From: an uncultured Actinomycetes bacterium
Lineage (GTDB): Bacteria; Actinomycetota; UBA4738; HRBIN12
Length of the DNA: 64,000 nucleotides
Direction: 5' to 3'
NCBI GenBank assembly: GCA_963704725.1
Contig: OY969934.1
Span: forward strand, 2,400,001-2,464,000
The notes below the pieces were generated by a model. That model was not told the origin of the DNA. It worked only from the letters and a program-made list of their open reading frames with translations, and made no database searches. The translations under genes and the position numbers were made by a program. The first letter of the stretch is position 1; each line of letters starts with the position of its first letter. Of this stretch, positions 11,341-20,053 are shown in pieces.

Positions 11341-11763
11341 GTGGAGCTCGATGCCGTCCTGCACGCCCACGCGTTCCTGCGCGTGGAGCGGCCGCCCGAG
11401 CTGTGGGAGGCGAACACGGAGCTCGAGGCGTTCCTCCACCTGCTCGGCGAGATGATCGTCATCGGCTTGAACCGCGGGAACGAGCTGGGCGACCTGACGC
11501 TGAACGCCTCGAACGTGACGGTCGAACCCGATCCGGACGGGGAGTCGCGCGTGCCCGACGGGGACTTCGTGGCGATCTCGGTCCGCGGAGCGGGCGAGTG
11601 GGCCGACGACGCGTGGTGGGCGGGCCAGGGGCCGACGACCGGCCTCCTGTGCAACGTCGGGCCGGCGGCCGATGCCGCGGGCGCCGTGTACGGCTACACG
11701 CGCGATCTGGGCCGCGAGGGGTCGGTGACCGTCTTCCTGCCGAGGCTCCTCGACAGCTCCTGA
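11341..11763 (+). CDS. Hypothetical protein resembling a degenerate stand-alone HATPase_c domain
   Basis: LTLNASNVTVE, PDGDFVAISVRG, AVYGYTR, GSVTVFLPRL parallel hybrid-kinase CA domains; N/G1/F boxes absent. Confidence 0.6.
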   Translation: MELDAVLHAHAFLRVERPPELWEANTELEAFLHLLGEMIVIGLNRGNELGDLTLNASNVTVEPDPDGESRVPDGDFVAISVRGAGEWADDAWWAGQGPTTGLLCNVGPAADAAGAVYGYTRDLGREGSVTVFLPRLLDSS

Positions 11764-11899
11764 TCCACCTGTCGGCGCTCGGGCCCGGCTTCGAGCGCGA
11801 ACCCGACGTCCATCGCCGCACCGTACCCGGCCCCGAGCCGAAGGGGCTATCCTCGCGGCCGAGACCGTTCGGACCCGAACCATTTCCCGAGGAGAGGCG

Positions 11900-13207
11900 A
11901 TGGACATCAAGGGCAAGCGGCTCCGGCTCCTGTACTCGGACGTGCTCGGGCTCGAGCGCGGCAAGTACCTGTTCGGCGACATGGCCGACGACGGCCGGGC
12001 GGCGTTCTGCATCGGCGTCTACCCCCTGACGACCGACAAGGAGATCCTCGACATCTCCGGCCAGCAGTTCGACGTCGGCCTGCCCGACGTCGACGCGTTC
12101 ATCGACCGGGACTCGCTGCGGCCCGGCTGGGAGGAGGACACGATCGTCGGCATCGCCGACGTCCACCAGCACGGACAGCCCCTGGCCGTCGATCCGCGCG
12201 AGGTGCTCCGGCGCGCGGTCGCGCCGTGGAAGGCGATGGGGCTCGAGCCGATGTTCGCCTTCGAGTCCGAGTTCTACCTCCTCGACAAGGACGAGGGGGG
12301 CGCCTGGAAGGCCGTCGACCTCCCCTCGCACCGCGTGTACGGGACCGGCATGGCCGTCGACCCCACGGGGACGGTCGACGACATGGTCCGGGCGGCGATG
12401 GCGTGCGGCCTTCCCGTCGAGGGCTGGGGGTCCGAGTTCGACACCGCCGCCTACGAGGTGAACATCCGGTACAAGGAGGTCATCCCCGCGGCCGACGAGT
12501 GCTTCCTGTTCCGGCTCCTGGTGAAGGAGATCGCGGCCCGCCACGGCAAGCTCGCAACCTTCCTGGGGCGGCCGTTCAACGACCGGGGCGGCAGCGGCCT
12601 GCACCTGAACTTCTCGTTCCGACGCGAGGACGGCTCGAACGCCTTCCACGACCCCAACGCGCCCGACGCCCTCTCCTCGATCGCTCGGGAGTGCGTGGCC
12701 GGGGTGCTCGCCCACCATGAGGCCATCGCGGCGTTCGCCGCCCCCCATGTGAACGCCTACAAGCGCCTCATCCCGGACATGCTGAACGGCTACTGGGCCA
12801 ACTGGGGCTTCGACGACCGGACGGTCTGCGTCCGCGTCCCGCCCGCCCGCGGCGAGGGCACCCGCCTCGAGCACCGGATGTCCGACGGCGCCGCGAACCC
12901 CTACCTGGCGGCCGCCGCGGTCCTGCACGCAGCCCGCCTCGGCGTCGAGCACCGCATGTCGCCGCCCGACGCGCAGGTGACCGGCCAGCCCCCGAACACG
13001 GAGCGGCGGGTCCCGCCCAGCCTCGAGGCCTCGCTCCACGCGCTCGAGGGCGACCAGGAGCTGTGCGCGGCGCTCGGCCCCTGGCTCGTCGAGACGTTCA
13101 CCAAGCTGAAGCGCGCCGAGTGGGAGCGTTACGCGAAGGCGGTCGAGGACACCGCGACCGGCGACGTCACGCCGTGGGAGATCGAGTACTACCTCCCGTT
13201 CTTCTGA
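11900..13207 (+). CDS. Glutamine synthetase family protein (gamma-glutamyl-amine ligase, PuuA/GlnA3-like)
   Basis: FAFESEFY, YEVNI, GSGLHLNFS, NAYKRL, WGFDDRT, RLEHR, ANPYL; lacks the GSI N-terminal DGSS motif. Confidence 0.85.
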   Translation: MDIKGKRLRLLYSDVLGLERGKYLFGDMADDGRAAFCIGVYPLTTDKEILDISGQQFDVGLPDVDAFIDRDSLRPGWEEDTIVGIADVHQHGQPLAVDPREVLRRAVAPWKAMGLEPMFAFESEFYLLDKDEGGAWKAVDLPSHRVYGTGMAVDPTGTVDDMVRAAMACGLPVEGWGSEFDTAAYEVNIRYKEVIPAADECFLFRLLVKEIAARHGKLATFLGRPFNDRGGSGLHLNFSFRREDGSNAFHDPNAPDALSSIARECVAGVLAHHEAIAAFAAPHVNAYKRLIPDMLNGYWANWGFDDRTVCVRVPPARGEGTRLEHRMSDGAANPYLAAAAVLHAARLGVEHRMSPPDAQVTGQPPNTERRVPPSLEASLHALEGDQELCAALGPWLVETFTKLKRAEWERYAKAVEDTATGDVTPWEIEYYLPFF

Positions 13208-13481
13208 CCAGCCTGACCTGCGGTCATTGGCCGGAACGTCGCATCCGGTCGACCCTGCCGCTCAGGGCCGGGCAGTCCTGTCTGCGGTCGATGCCCGGTC
13301 GGACCATCGGTGCGGGAGATTCCCGACTGGGGGTCTCGGCGGAGCTCCTCACCCGCCTACAGGACGAGTTCCGGAGGACCGAGGAGACTACGGAGAGTCC
13401 CGGCCTGGAAGACCCAATCGTTCGAGCCACTGCCCGTGCGGGCGGGGACTCCGACCGAGCCTCGCTGAGAGGAGCCATCAC

Positions 13482-14699
13482 ATGAAGATCCTGCTGGTCG
13501 GAACGGGCGGTGTCGGAGAGGCGATCGCCGTGATCGCCAAGGACCGGCCGTTCCTGGAGAGGGTCGTCCTCGCGGACCTCGACCTGTCCCGGGCGCTCGA
13601 GGTGGCACAGAAGGTCGGAGGCGGCCGGCGCTTCCCCGTCGAGCGGCTGGACGCGTCGTCGAAGGGACAGATCGTCGCCCTGGCCCGCAAGCACGAGGTC
13701 GACCTCATCCTCAACGCGGTCGAGCCCCGGTTCAACATGCCGATCTTCGACGCGGCCTTCGAGGCCGGGACCCACTACATGGACATGGCGATGTCGCTCT
13801 CCAAGCGCCACGCCCTCGAGCCCTACGCGAAGACCGGCCTCATGCTCGGCGACGAGCAGTTCGCCAAGGCCGAGGCGTGGGAGGAGAAGGAGCTGCTCGC
13901 CCTGGTCGGGATGGGCGTCGAGCCCGGCATGGCCGACGTGCTGGCGGCGTATGCCAGCAAGCACCTGTTCGACGAGATCGACGAGATCGGGATCCGCGAC
14001 GGCGCGAACCTCGTCGTCAAGGGCTACGACTTCGCGCCCAACTTCTCGATCTGGACGACGATCGAGGAGTGCCTGAACCCGCCCGTGATCTTCGAGAAGG
14101 GACGGGGCTGGTTCACCACCGAGCCCTTCTCCGAGCCCGAGACGTTCGAGTTCCCCGAGGGGATCGGTCCGGTCGAGTGCGTGAACGTCGAGCACGAAGA
14201 GGTGCTGCTCGTGCCTCGCTGGCTCGAGGCCAAGCGGGTCACGTTCAAGTACGGGCTGGGCCAGGAGTTCATCGACGTCCTGAAGACGATCGAGCTCCTC
14301 GGCCTGGATTCCACCGTGCCGGTCGACGTGCACGGCGTGCAGGTCGCGCCGCGCGACGTCGTCGCCGCGTGCCTGCCGGACCCGGCCAAGCTCGGGCATC
14401 TCATGAGTGGCAAGACGTGCGCCGGAACGTGGGTGCGCGGACGCAAGGGCGACCACCTCAAGGAGGCGTACCTGTACCAGGTCGCCGACAACGAGGAGTG
14501 CATGGCGAAGTACGGCGTGCAGGCGGTCGTGTGGCAGACGGCCGTGAGCCCCGTGATCGCGCTCGAGCTCCTGGACTCCGGAGCTTGGAAGGGCGCCGGG
14601 GTCCTCGGCCCGGAGGCGTTCGACCCCGATCCGTTCGTCGAGAAGATGGCGGCGTACGACTTCCCGCTCGGGATCCGCGAGAGCACGCCCGACCGGTAG
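13482..14699 (+). CDS. Saccharopine dehydrogenase family protein (carboxy(nor)spermidine dehydrogenase-like)
   Basis: ILLVGTGGVG Rossmann motif, YMDMA, GMGVEPG, FAPNFSIWTTIEECLNP, VEHEEV, GVLGPEAF; RBS GAGGAG. Confidence 0.85.
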   Translation: MKILLVGTGGVGEAIAVIAKDRPFLERVVLADLDLSRALEVAQKVGGGRRFPVERLDASSKGQIVALARKHEVDLILNAVEPRFNMPIFDAAFEAGTHYMDMAMSLSKRHALEPYAKTGLMLGDEQFAKAEAWEEKELLALVGMGVEPGMADVLAAYASKHLFDEIDEIGIRDGANLVVKGYDFAPNFSIWTTIEECLNPPVIFEKGRGWFTTEPFSEPETFEFPEGIGPVECVNVEHEEVLLVPRWLEAKRVTFKYGLGQEFIDVLKTIELLGLDSTVPVDVHGVQVAPRDVVAACLPDPAKLGHLMSGKTCAGTWVRGRKGDHLKEAYLYQVADNEECMAKYGVQAVVWQTAVSPVIALELLDSGAWKGAGVLGPEAFDPDPFVEKMAAYDFPLGIRESTPDR

Positions 14700-14709
14700 G
14701 GGGGCTCAC

Positions 14710-14743
14710 CGATGAGGCGCCGGGTTCGCCCGGCGCCTCATCG
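14710..14743. terminator. Perfect 15-bp hairpin (TTCG loop) between convergent genes
   Basis: CGATGAGGCGCCGGG-TTCG-CCCGGCGCCTCATCG; no U-tail. Confidence 0.7.
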
Positions 14744-15148
14744 CGTCGCGCCCACGTCCTCCGAGAGGTACCGCGACGGGCTCACGATCCGGATCCCGCC
14801 CCACGAGCCGAGGCGCAAGAGGTGACGGTCACGGGTGACGACGGCCTCGGCCGCCCCGTCCACCGCCGCCTCGAGCGCGCCGTCGTCTGCCGGGTCGGCC
14901 TCCACGACGCGGATCCGCTCGGCGGCACCGGCGACGGTGGCCAGCCGCACCACCTGCGCGATCGCCTCGGCGGCGGCCCGCGGCTCGCGGAACCCGTCGG
15001 ACAACACCCGGCCGAGCTCGGCCAGCAGCGGCCGAGACGTGACGAGCTCGGCGCGTCCCTCGATCACCGACCGGTAGACGCGCTCGGCCGGTCCGCCGGG
15101 GAACCCGAACGCGGCGGCGAGCGCCCCGGCGTCGAGGACGATCCTCAC
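14738..15148 (-). CDS. PIN-domain toxin (PIN_3/VapC-like)
   Basis: MRIVLDA, LLAELGRVL, DPADDGALEAA, VVTRDRHLL. Confidence 0.85.
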   Translation of the reverse strand: MRIVLDAGALAAAFGFPGGPAERVYRSVIEGRAELVTSRPLLAELGRVLSDGFREPRAAAEAIAQVVRLATVAGAAERIRVVEADPADDGALEAAVDGAAEAVVTRDRHLLRLGSWGGIRIVSPSRYLSEDVGATR

Positions 15149-15396
15149 CGGCGGGCCTGCCGGATGAGGCGGTCGACGTCCTCTTCGGTGGTGATGCCGA
15201 GCTCCCGGGCCCTCGCCGCGAACGAGCGCTGGAGGTACTCGAACCGCTCGGTCTCACGCCAGATCCCGTACACGCGCAGCATCTCGCGGAACAGCTCGCT
15301 CTTGTTCCGGCCCTCTTCCTCGGCCATCCGCTCGAAGGCGTCCGCGGCCTCGGGAGGAACCGAGACAGCGAGCACCCGGGACGTCCGACCGGTCAT
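15145..15396 (-). CDS. Ribbon-helix-helix (CopG) antitoxin
   Basis: VLAVSVPPE...EGRNKSELFRE, GITTEEDV; overlaps the toxin start. Confidence 0.85.
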   Translation of the reverse strand: MTGRTSRVLAVSVPPEAADAFERMAEEEGRNKSELFREMLRVYGIWRETERFEYLQRSFAARARELGITTEEDVDRLIRQARR

Positions 15397-15414
15397 GTCA
15401 TACAGTGTATGACA
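15396..15414. promoter_or_regulatory. Palindromic operator, probably for the RHH-PIN module
   Basis: TGTCATACA-G-TGTATGACA, perfect 9-bp inverted repeat at the antitoxin start. Confidence 0.75.
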
Positions 15415-15444
15415 GACCTCCCGGTGCGCGCTTCGTCCGGATGG

Positions 15445-15463
15445 GTATCACAGATCGTGATAC
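15445..15463. promoter_or_regulatory. Palindromic operator, probably for the MazEF-like module
   Basis: GTATCAC-AGATC-GTGATAC overlapping the TACGCT -10 of the leaderless antitoxin gene. Confidence 0.7.
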
Positions 15464-15473
15464 GCTCGGACAC

Positions 15474-15713
15474 ATGGTCAGAGCGATCTCCGTGAGGCTT
15501 GACGATGAGGCCCTCCGTGCACTCTCGCGTCTGGAGGCGACCGGACTCAGCAGGTCGCAAGCGATCCGCAGCGCGGTGGTGGACGCAGCCGAACGACTAC
15601 GACGACACGAGTCGTTGGCGGCCGAGTCCAGGGCATTGGAAGCGGACGAGGCGGACCGGGAAGAGATGCTCGAAGTCGCGGCGCTCATGGAGAGCCTGCG
15701 TGCGCCGGGGTGA
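15474..15713 (+). CDS. RHH antitoxin (MazE-like)
   Basis: MVRAISVRLDDE...SRSQAIRSA, acidic C-terminus DEADREEM. Confidence 0.82.
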   Translation: MVRAISVRLDDEALRALSRLEATGLSRSQAIRSAVVDAAERLRRHESLAAESRALEADEADREEMLEVAALMESLRAPG

Positions 15714-16017
15714 CGTCTTCGAGTTCCGCCCCCCGCGAGGCCGTGGTCACGAACAGCGCGGCAAGAGGTACGGCGTGGTCGTTCAGGCGGACTCGCTGCT
15801 TCCCCGCTCCGTCGTGATCGTCGTCCCGACATCTCGGAGCGCGCGTCCGGCGTCCTTTCGACCGGAGATCCTGCTCGAGGACGAGCACACGAGGGTGTTG
15901 GTAGAGCAGCTCGGCGCCGTGGACGCAACTCGGCTCGGGGACCTCGTCGGCCACGTGAGCCCGGAGGAGATGTGGGGCATCGACGAGGCCCTCCTCACGG
16001 TCCTGGGTCTTGGGTGA
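15700..16017 (+). CDS. mazF: PemK/MazF family endoribonuclease toxin
   Basis: RGDVF, GHEQRGKRYGVVVQ, VIVVPTS, FRPEI, VLVEQL; GTG start overlaps the antitoxin. Confidence 0.88.
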   Translation: MRRGDVFEFRPPRGRGHEQRGKRYGVVVQADSLLPRSVVIVVPTSRSARPASFRPEILLEDEHTRVLVEQLGAVDATRLGDLVGHVSPEEMWGIDEALLTVLGLG

Positions 16018-16095
16018 CGCCGGCGGATCCGGTTGCGCCCACGGTCGTTCGGTAGCAAACTACCGCCCTCACTCGCCCCCGACGGGAGGAGACTG

Positions 16096-17364
16096 ATGAG
16101 CGTGGCGACGACCGAGCTCGACCTGTCGAAGATCGACCTCGTCGACCCCGACCAGTACGTCGAGCGCATCCCGTTCGAGTGGTTCGACTACCTCCGGCGC
16201 GAGCACCCGGTCGTGTGGCACGACGAGCCCGCCGGCAACAGGGGCTTCTGGGCCGTCACGCGGTACGACGATCTCGTGGCCGTGCACATGGACTGGGAGA
16301 CGTTCTCGAGCGAGCGGGGCGCGGTGTCGCTCGAGGAGCTCGACGACGAGCAGCTGAAGATCCGCCGGTCGATGCTCGAGACCGACCCGCCCCGCCACCG
16401 GCAGCTCCGCAACATCTGCAACAAGCGGTTCAGCGCCCGGGGGGTCGGCGCGTACGAGGACTTCATCCGCGAGGTGGCGGGCTCGGTGCTCGACCGGGCG
16501 CTCGAGCGCGAGGAGTTCGACTTCACGCTCGAGGTGGCCAAGGAGCTGCCGATCCGGTTCCTGTGCGCGATCTTCACGGTCCCCCAGGACGACGCGCCGA
16601 TGCTGATCCGGTGGGGCGACGCGATGATCGGCAATCAGGATCCCGAGTTCACCCACGCCGTCGTCGACAAGGTGGACACGGAGGAGTACCGGAACCTCCC
16701 CTTCCGCTCCCCCATCGCGCTCGAGATGTTCGAGTACGCGCACCGCCAGCGGGACTCGCGCCTGGAGGAGCCGCAGAACGACGTCATCACGGCGTTGACC
16801 GTGGCCCAGCGCGAGGGGACGCTCACCGAGCGGGAGTTCGACAATTACTTCGGTCTGCTGATGATCGCCGGCAACGAGACCACGCGTCACACGATCAGCC
16901 ACGGCATGCTCGCGCTGCTCGAGCACCCCGACCAGATGCGGCAGCTCCAGGACGACCCGTCGCTGATCCCCGCCGCCGTCGAGGAGATCCTGCGGTGGGC
17001 CACCCCGGTCATGCACTTCCGCCGGACCGCCACCAGGGATACCGAGCTCGGCGGCACGCGGATCCGCGAGGGCGACAAGGTCGTCACGTGGTACATCAGC
17101 GCGAACCGCGACGAGCGGACCTTCGACGACCCCTACCGGTTCGACGTCACCCGCCGGAACGCCGGCGACCACGTCACGTTCGGCCCGGGCGGCCCGCACT
17201 TCTGCCTCGGCGCCCACCTGGCCAAGCTCGAGACGAAGGTCCTGCTCCAGGAGCTCCTACCGCGCCTGCGCTCGATCGAGCTCGCCGGCCCCGTCGAGCG
17301 CATGCGCTCGAATTTCGTCAACGGCATCAAGCACATGCCGGTGCGCGTCGAACTCGCACGTTAG
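16096..17364 (+). CDS. Cytochrome P450 (CYP125/124/142-like)
   Basis: DPPRH, AGNETT, EEILR (ExxR), heme motif FGPGGPHFCLG. Confidence 0.93.
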   Translation: MSVATTELDLSKIDLVDPDQYVERIPFEWFDYLRREHPVVWHDEPAGNRGFWAVTRYDDLVAVHMDWETFSSERGAVSLEELDDEQLKIRRSMLETDPPRHRQLRNICNKRFSARGVGAYEDFIREVAGSVLDRALEREEFDFTLEVAKELPIRFLCAIFTVPQDDAPMLIRWGDAMIGNQDPEFTHAVVDKVDTEEYRNLPFRSPIALEMFEYAHRQRDSRLEEPQNDVITALTVAQREGTLTEREFDNYFGLLMIAGNETTRHTISHGMLALLEHPDQMRQLQDDPSLIPAAVEEILRWATPVMHFRRTATRDTELGGTRIREGDKVVTWYISANRDERTFDDPYRFDVTRRNAGDHVTFGPGGPHFCLGAHLAKLETKVLLQELLPRLRSIELAGPVERMRSNFVNGIKHMPVRVELAR

Positions 17365-17648
17365 CGAGCGAACCGGTCGATCAACGCCTGGGCGTAGGTG
17401 CGCTCCCAGGGCTCCGCCGGGTGCTGCGCCGTGTAGTCCAGGTCGCACTGGACGAGGGCGTGCGTCAACGCGCTGCGGACCGGCGTGACACCGAGGAGGC
17501 CGGGAAGCTCCGACAGGTCGATCAGCCACTCGGCATACCAGGAGGCCCAGTCCTCGTCCGCGCCGTCCACGATGGTGTAGACGACGTGGTGCGTCTCCGC
17601 AGCGCGATGGAGCACCTCGGCCACCTTCGTTACCCGATCGTCGTTCAC
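17361..17648 (-). CDS. Hypothetical protein
   Basis: RBS GAGGAGG before GTG; AAETHH...DEDWASWYAEWL; good codon bias. Confidence 0.7.
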   Translation of the reverse strand: MNDDRVTKVAEVLHRAAETHHVVYTIVDGADEDWASWYAEWLIDLSELPGLLGVTPVRSALTHALVQCDLDYTAQHPAEPWERTYAQALIDRFAR

Positions 17649-17733
17649 GGCCGCCCTCCTCTCGTCTCGTCCGATGGGCATCTTGCCAGGGTCGCCAGGA
17701 ATCGGGGCCGGCGGAACCCGGTTGAACGGGCGC

Positions 17734-19041
17734 ATGGACTCCGCGCGCGTGATCCGCAGCTATCTGGTCATCACCGCCCTGTTCACGCTCTCCGCCTCGC
17801 TGATCTGGGGGATCAACACCCTGTTCCTGCTCGACGCGGGCCTCTCGATCTTCCAGGTCTTCCTGGCGAACGCCGCGTTCACCGCCGCGATGGCGCTGTT
17901 CGAGGTGCCGACCGGCGTCGTGGCCGACACGCGGGGGCGGCGGGCGTCGTTCCTGCTCTCGGAGACCACGCTCGCCGTGGGCACGCTGGCCTACGTGGGT
18001 GTGGCGGCGATCGAGGGCGGACTCGTCCTCTTTTGCCTCGCCGGCGTCATCCTCGGCCTCGGCTACACCTTCTACTCCGGCGCCGTCGAGGCTTGGGTCG
18101 TGGACGCGTTGAAGGCCACCGGCTACGCAGGGGGGCTCGATCGGGTCTTCGCGCGGGCGGGCGTCGTCTCGGGCGTCGCCACGCTCGTGGGAACGGTGGG
18201 CGGCGGGCTCCTCGGCCAGATCGACCTCGCGATCCCCTACGTGGCGAGGGCCGTGCTCCTGATCGTCGCGTTCGCCGTCGGATTCCGTTCGATGCACGAC
18301 ATCGGCTTCGCGCCCCGAACCCTCCAGGTGCGCGGCATCGTCGGCGAGATGCGGAAGGTCGGACGGGCGGGGCTCACGTTCGGCTGGCATGCGCCCGCGA
18401 TGCGGCTGCTGGTCCTGCACTCGTTCCTCGTCTACGGCTTCTTCCTCTGGGCGTGGTATGCGTGGCAGCCCTACTTCCTCGAGCTCTACGGCCGCGACGC
18501 CATCTGGGTCGCCGGCGTCATCGCCGCGCTGTTCTCGCTCGCCGGGATCTGCGGCAGCGTGCTCGTCGGGCGGCTGGCCACGCCGGGTCGTCGCCGGACG
18601 ACCATCCTGCTGACCTCGAGCGCCGTGCTGTCCGCGACGATGGTGGCGACGGGTGTCGTCCAGCGATTCTGGGTGACCGTCCCGATCTTCCTGCTCGGGG
18701 CCGTCGTCGCCGGCATCCTCCAGCCCGTCCGCCAGACGTACCTGCACCACTCCATACCAACCTCGGAGCGCGCCACGCTCGTCTCGTTCGATTCGCTCGT
18801 GGGGAGCCTCGGCAGCATCGGCGGCCAGGTGGGACTGGGCTTCCTGTCTCAGGAGCGATCGGTCCCGGCCGGGTTCGTCGTGGGCGGACTCGCCACGGTC
18901 CTCTCGCTGCCGATCTTCGGCCGCCTCCGGGCCCTCCGAGAACCGGCCGACCTGATCGTGGCCGAATCGCCGGAGCGCGAGGGCGCGTCGATCAATCCCG
19001 AGGTGCCCGGCGTACCGAGCGACGTGGCGTACGACTCGTGA
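17734..19041 (+). CDS. MFS transporter
   Basis: FEVPTGVVADTRGRR (motif A), about 12 hydrophobic segments. Confidence 0.9.
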   Translation: MDSARVIRSYLVITALFTLSASLIWGINTLFLLDAGLSIFQVFLANAAFTAAMALFEVPTGVVADTRGRRASFLLSETTLAVGTLAYVGVAAIEGGLVLFCLAGVILGLGYTFYSGAVEAWVVDALKATGYAGGLDRVFARAGVVSGVATLVGTVGGGLLGQIDLAIPYVARAVLLIVAFAVGFRSMHDIGFAPRTLQVRGIVGEMRKVGRAGLTFGWHAPAMRLLVLHSFLVYGFFLWAWYAWQPYFLELYGRDAIWVAGVIAALFSLAGICGSVLVGRLATPGRRRTTILLTSSAVLSATMVATGVVQRFWVTVPIFLLGAVVAGILQPVRQTYLHHSIPTSERATLVSFDSLVGSLGSIGGQVGLGFLSQERSVPAGFVVGGLATVLSLPIFGRLRALREPADLIVAESPEREGASINPEVPGVPSDVAYDS

Positions 19042-19089
19042 CGGTGGAACCGGCGAACGGCGGTTCGAATCGCTCGACGCCGACGGGGC

Positions 19090-19515
19090 TTACCCCTCGA
19101 GCAGCGACTTCAGGTTGCCGAGGGCCGTCTCCCAGCTCTGCTCGGAGACCGCCTTGGCCTCCTCCGAGGGCACGTTGCGCTCCGATACCGTGAGCTCGGT
19201 CGAGCCGTCTCGCTCGGAGAGCGCCCAGGTGACCTCCTGGTAGTGCTCCGGCCGGTCCGGCGTGCCGGAAAGGTCGCTCCAGTGCGTGTGCACCAGGAGC
19301 CTCGGCGGCTCCACGCGGACGATCTCCCCTTTGTCCACGTAGGGCTTGCCCTGCCACTTCCCCCGGTGGACGATCGGGCTCCCCGGCGTCCAGTCGGTCT
19401 CGGTGTCGACGCCGAAGAACCACCTCTTGATCCGCGCAGGCGTCGTGATGGCCTCCCAGACCCCCTCCACGGGGGCTTGGATCGTGGTCGAGGTGGACGT
19501 GCTGAAGCCGCTCAT
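19090..19515 (-). CDS. SRPBCC/AHSA1-like protein
   Basis: IQAPVEGVWEAITTP, ETDWTPGS, GEIVRVEPP, W...LGNLKSLLE. Confidence 0.85.
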   Translation of the reverse strand: MSGFSTSTSTTIQAPVEGVWEAITTPARIKRWFFGVDTETDWTPGSPIVHRGKWQGKPYVDKGEIVRVEPPRLLVHTHWSDLSGTPDRPEHYQEVTWALSERDGSTELTVSERNVPSEEAKAVSEQSWETALGNLKSLLEG

Positions 19516-19562
19516 CTCGTCGGACGATATCCCGTGGTCGGCGCGGTCAAACGCGTCGGCGC

Positions 19563-19949
19563 TCAGGACGAGGACGCCACCTTCCACAGGTAGCCGTCGG
19601 GGTCGCTGAAGTAGCCGAAGTACCCCCACTGCACCGCCGCCGCCTCCTTGACGAGGCCGCCGCCGGCCGCCAGGGCCTTGGCCATGATCTCGTCCACCTC
19701 GTCCCTCGTGGGCACGATGAAGTGGAACGAGACGCCCCGGAACCCCGACCCCTCGGACGAGACACCCGCGTCCTGGGCGGCGGCCTCCCGCTGGTACAGG
19801 GCCAGCGACGACGACGCTTCCCCGAGGTTGAACGACACGAAGTGCGGGTGATCCTGGTCCAGTGCGCAGCCCAGCCCCTCCGCGTAGAACGCCCTGGACC
19901 TGGCCAGGTCCTCCACCCCGATCATGATGGCGGTCACCTGCAGCGACAC
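19563..19949 (-). CDS. VOC/glyoxalase family protein
   Basis: IMIGVEDLARSRAFY, WGYFGYFSDPDGYLWKV; RBS AAGGAG. Confidence 0.88.
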   Translation of the reverse strand: MSLQVTAIMIGVEDLARSRAFYAEGLGCALDQDHPHFVSFNLGEASSSLALYQREAAAQDAGVSSEGSGFRGVSFHFIVPTRDEVDEIMAKALAAGGGLVKEAAAVQWGYFGYFSDPDGYLWKVASSS

Positions 19950-19989
19950 GGTGGTCTCCTTTCCGTCGGCTCGACCTTCCAACCGGAAT

Positions 19990-20016
19990 GACGGAACGGA
20001 TCGGACGAGTGTGACC
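19990..20016 (-). promoter_or_regulatory. ECF41/SigJ-type promoter for the VOC-SRPBCC pair
   Basis: Minus strand GGTCACA-N16-CGTC versus ECF41 consensus TGTCACA-N16-CGTC. Confidence 0.6.
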
Positions 20017-20053
20017 GGGCCAGAGGTGATCTGATGTCGTGGACCGGCGGCGG

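Noticed and set aside
11764-11899. Guanidine-III-like riboswitch (CCGTACCCGG) upstream of the GS-like gene
   Set aside because: Only a short match; the CCGGACGAGG and terminal pairing elements were not found
11900-13207. Assigning glnA (true glutamine synthetase I)
   Set aside because: N-terminal ammonium-binding motifs and the adenylylation loop are not evident; better fits a gamma-glutamyl-amine ligase
16179-19193. 1004-aa ORF
   Set aside because: R/G/P-rich shadow frame over the P450 and MFS genes, typical of high-GC DNA
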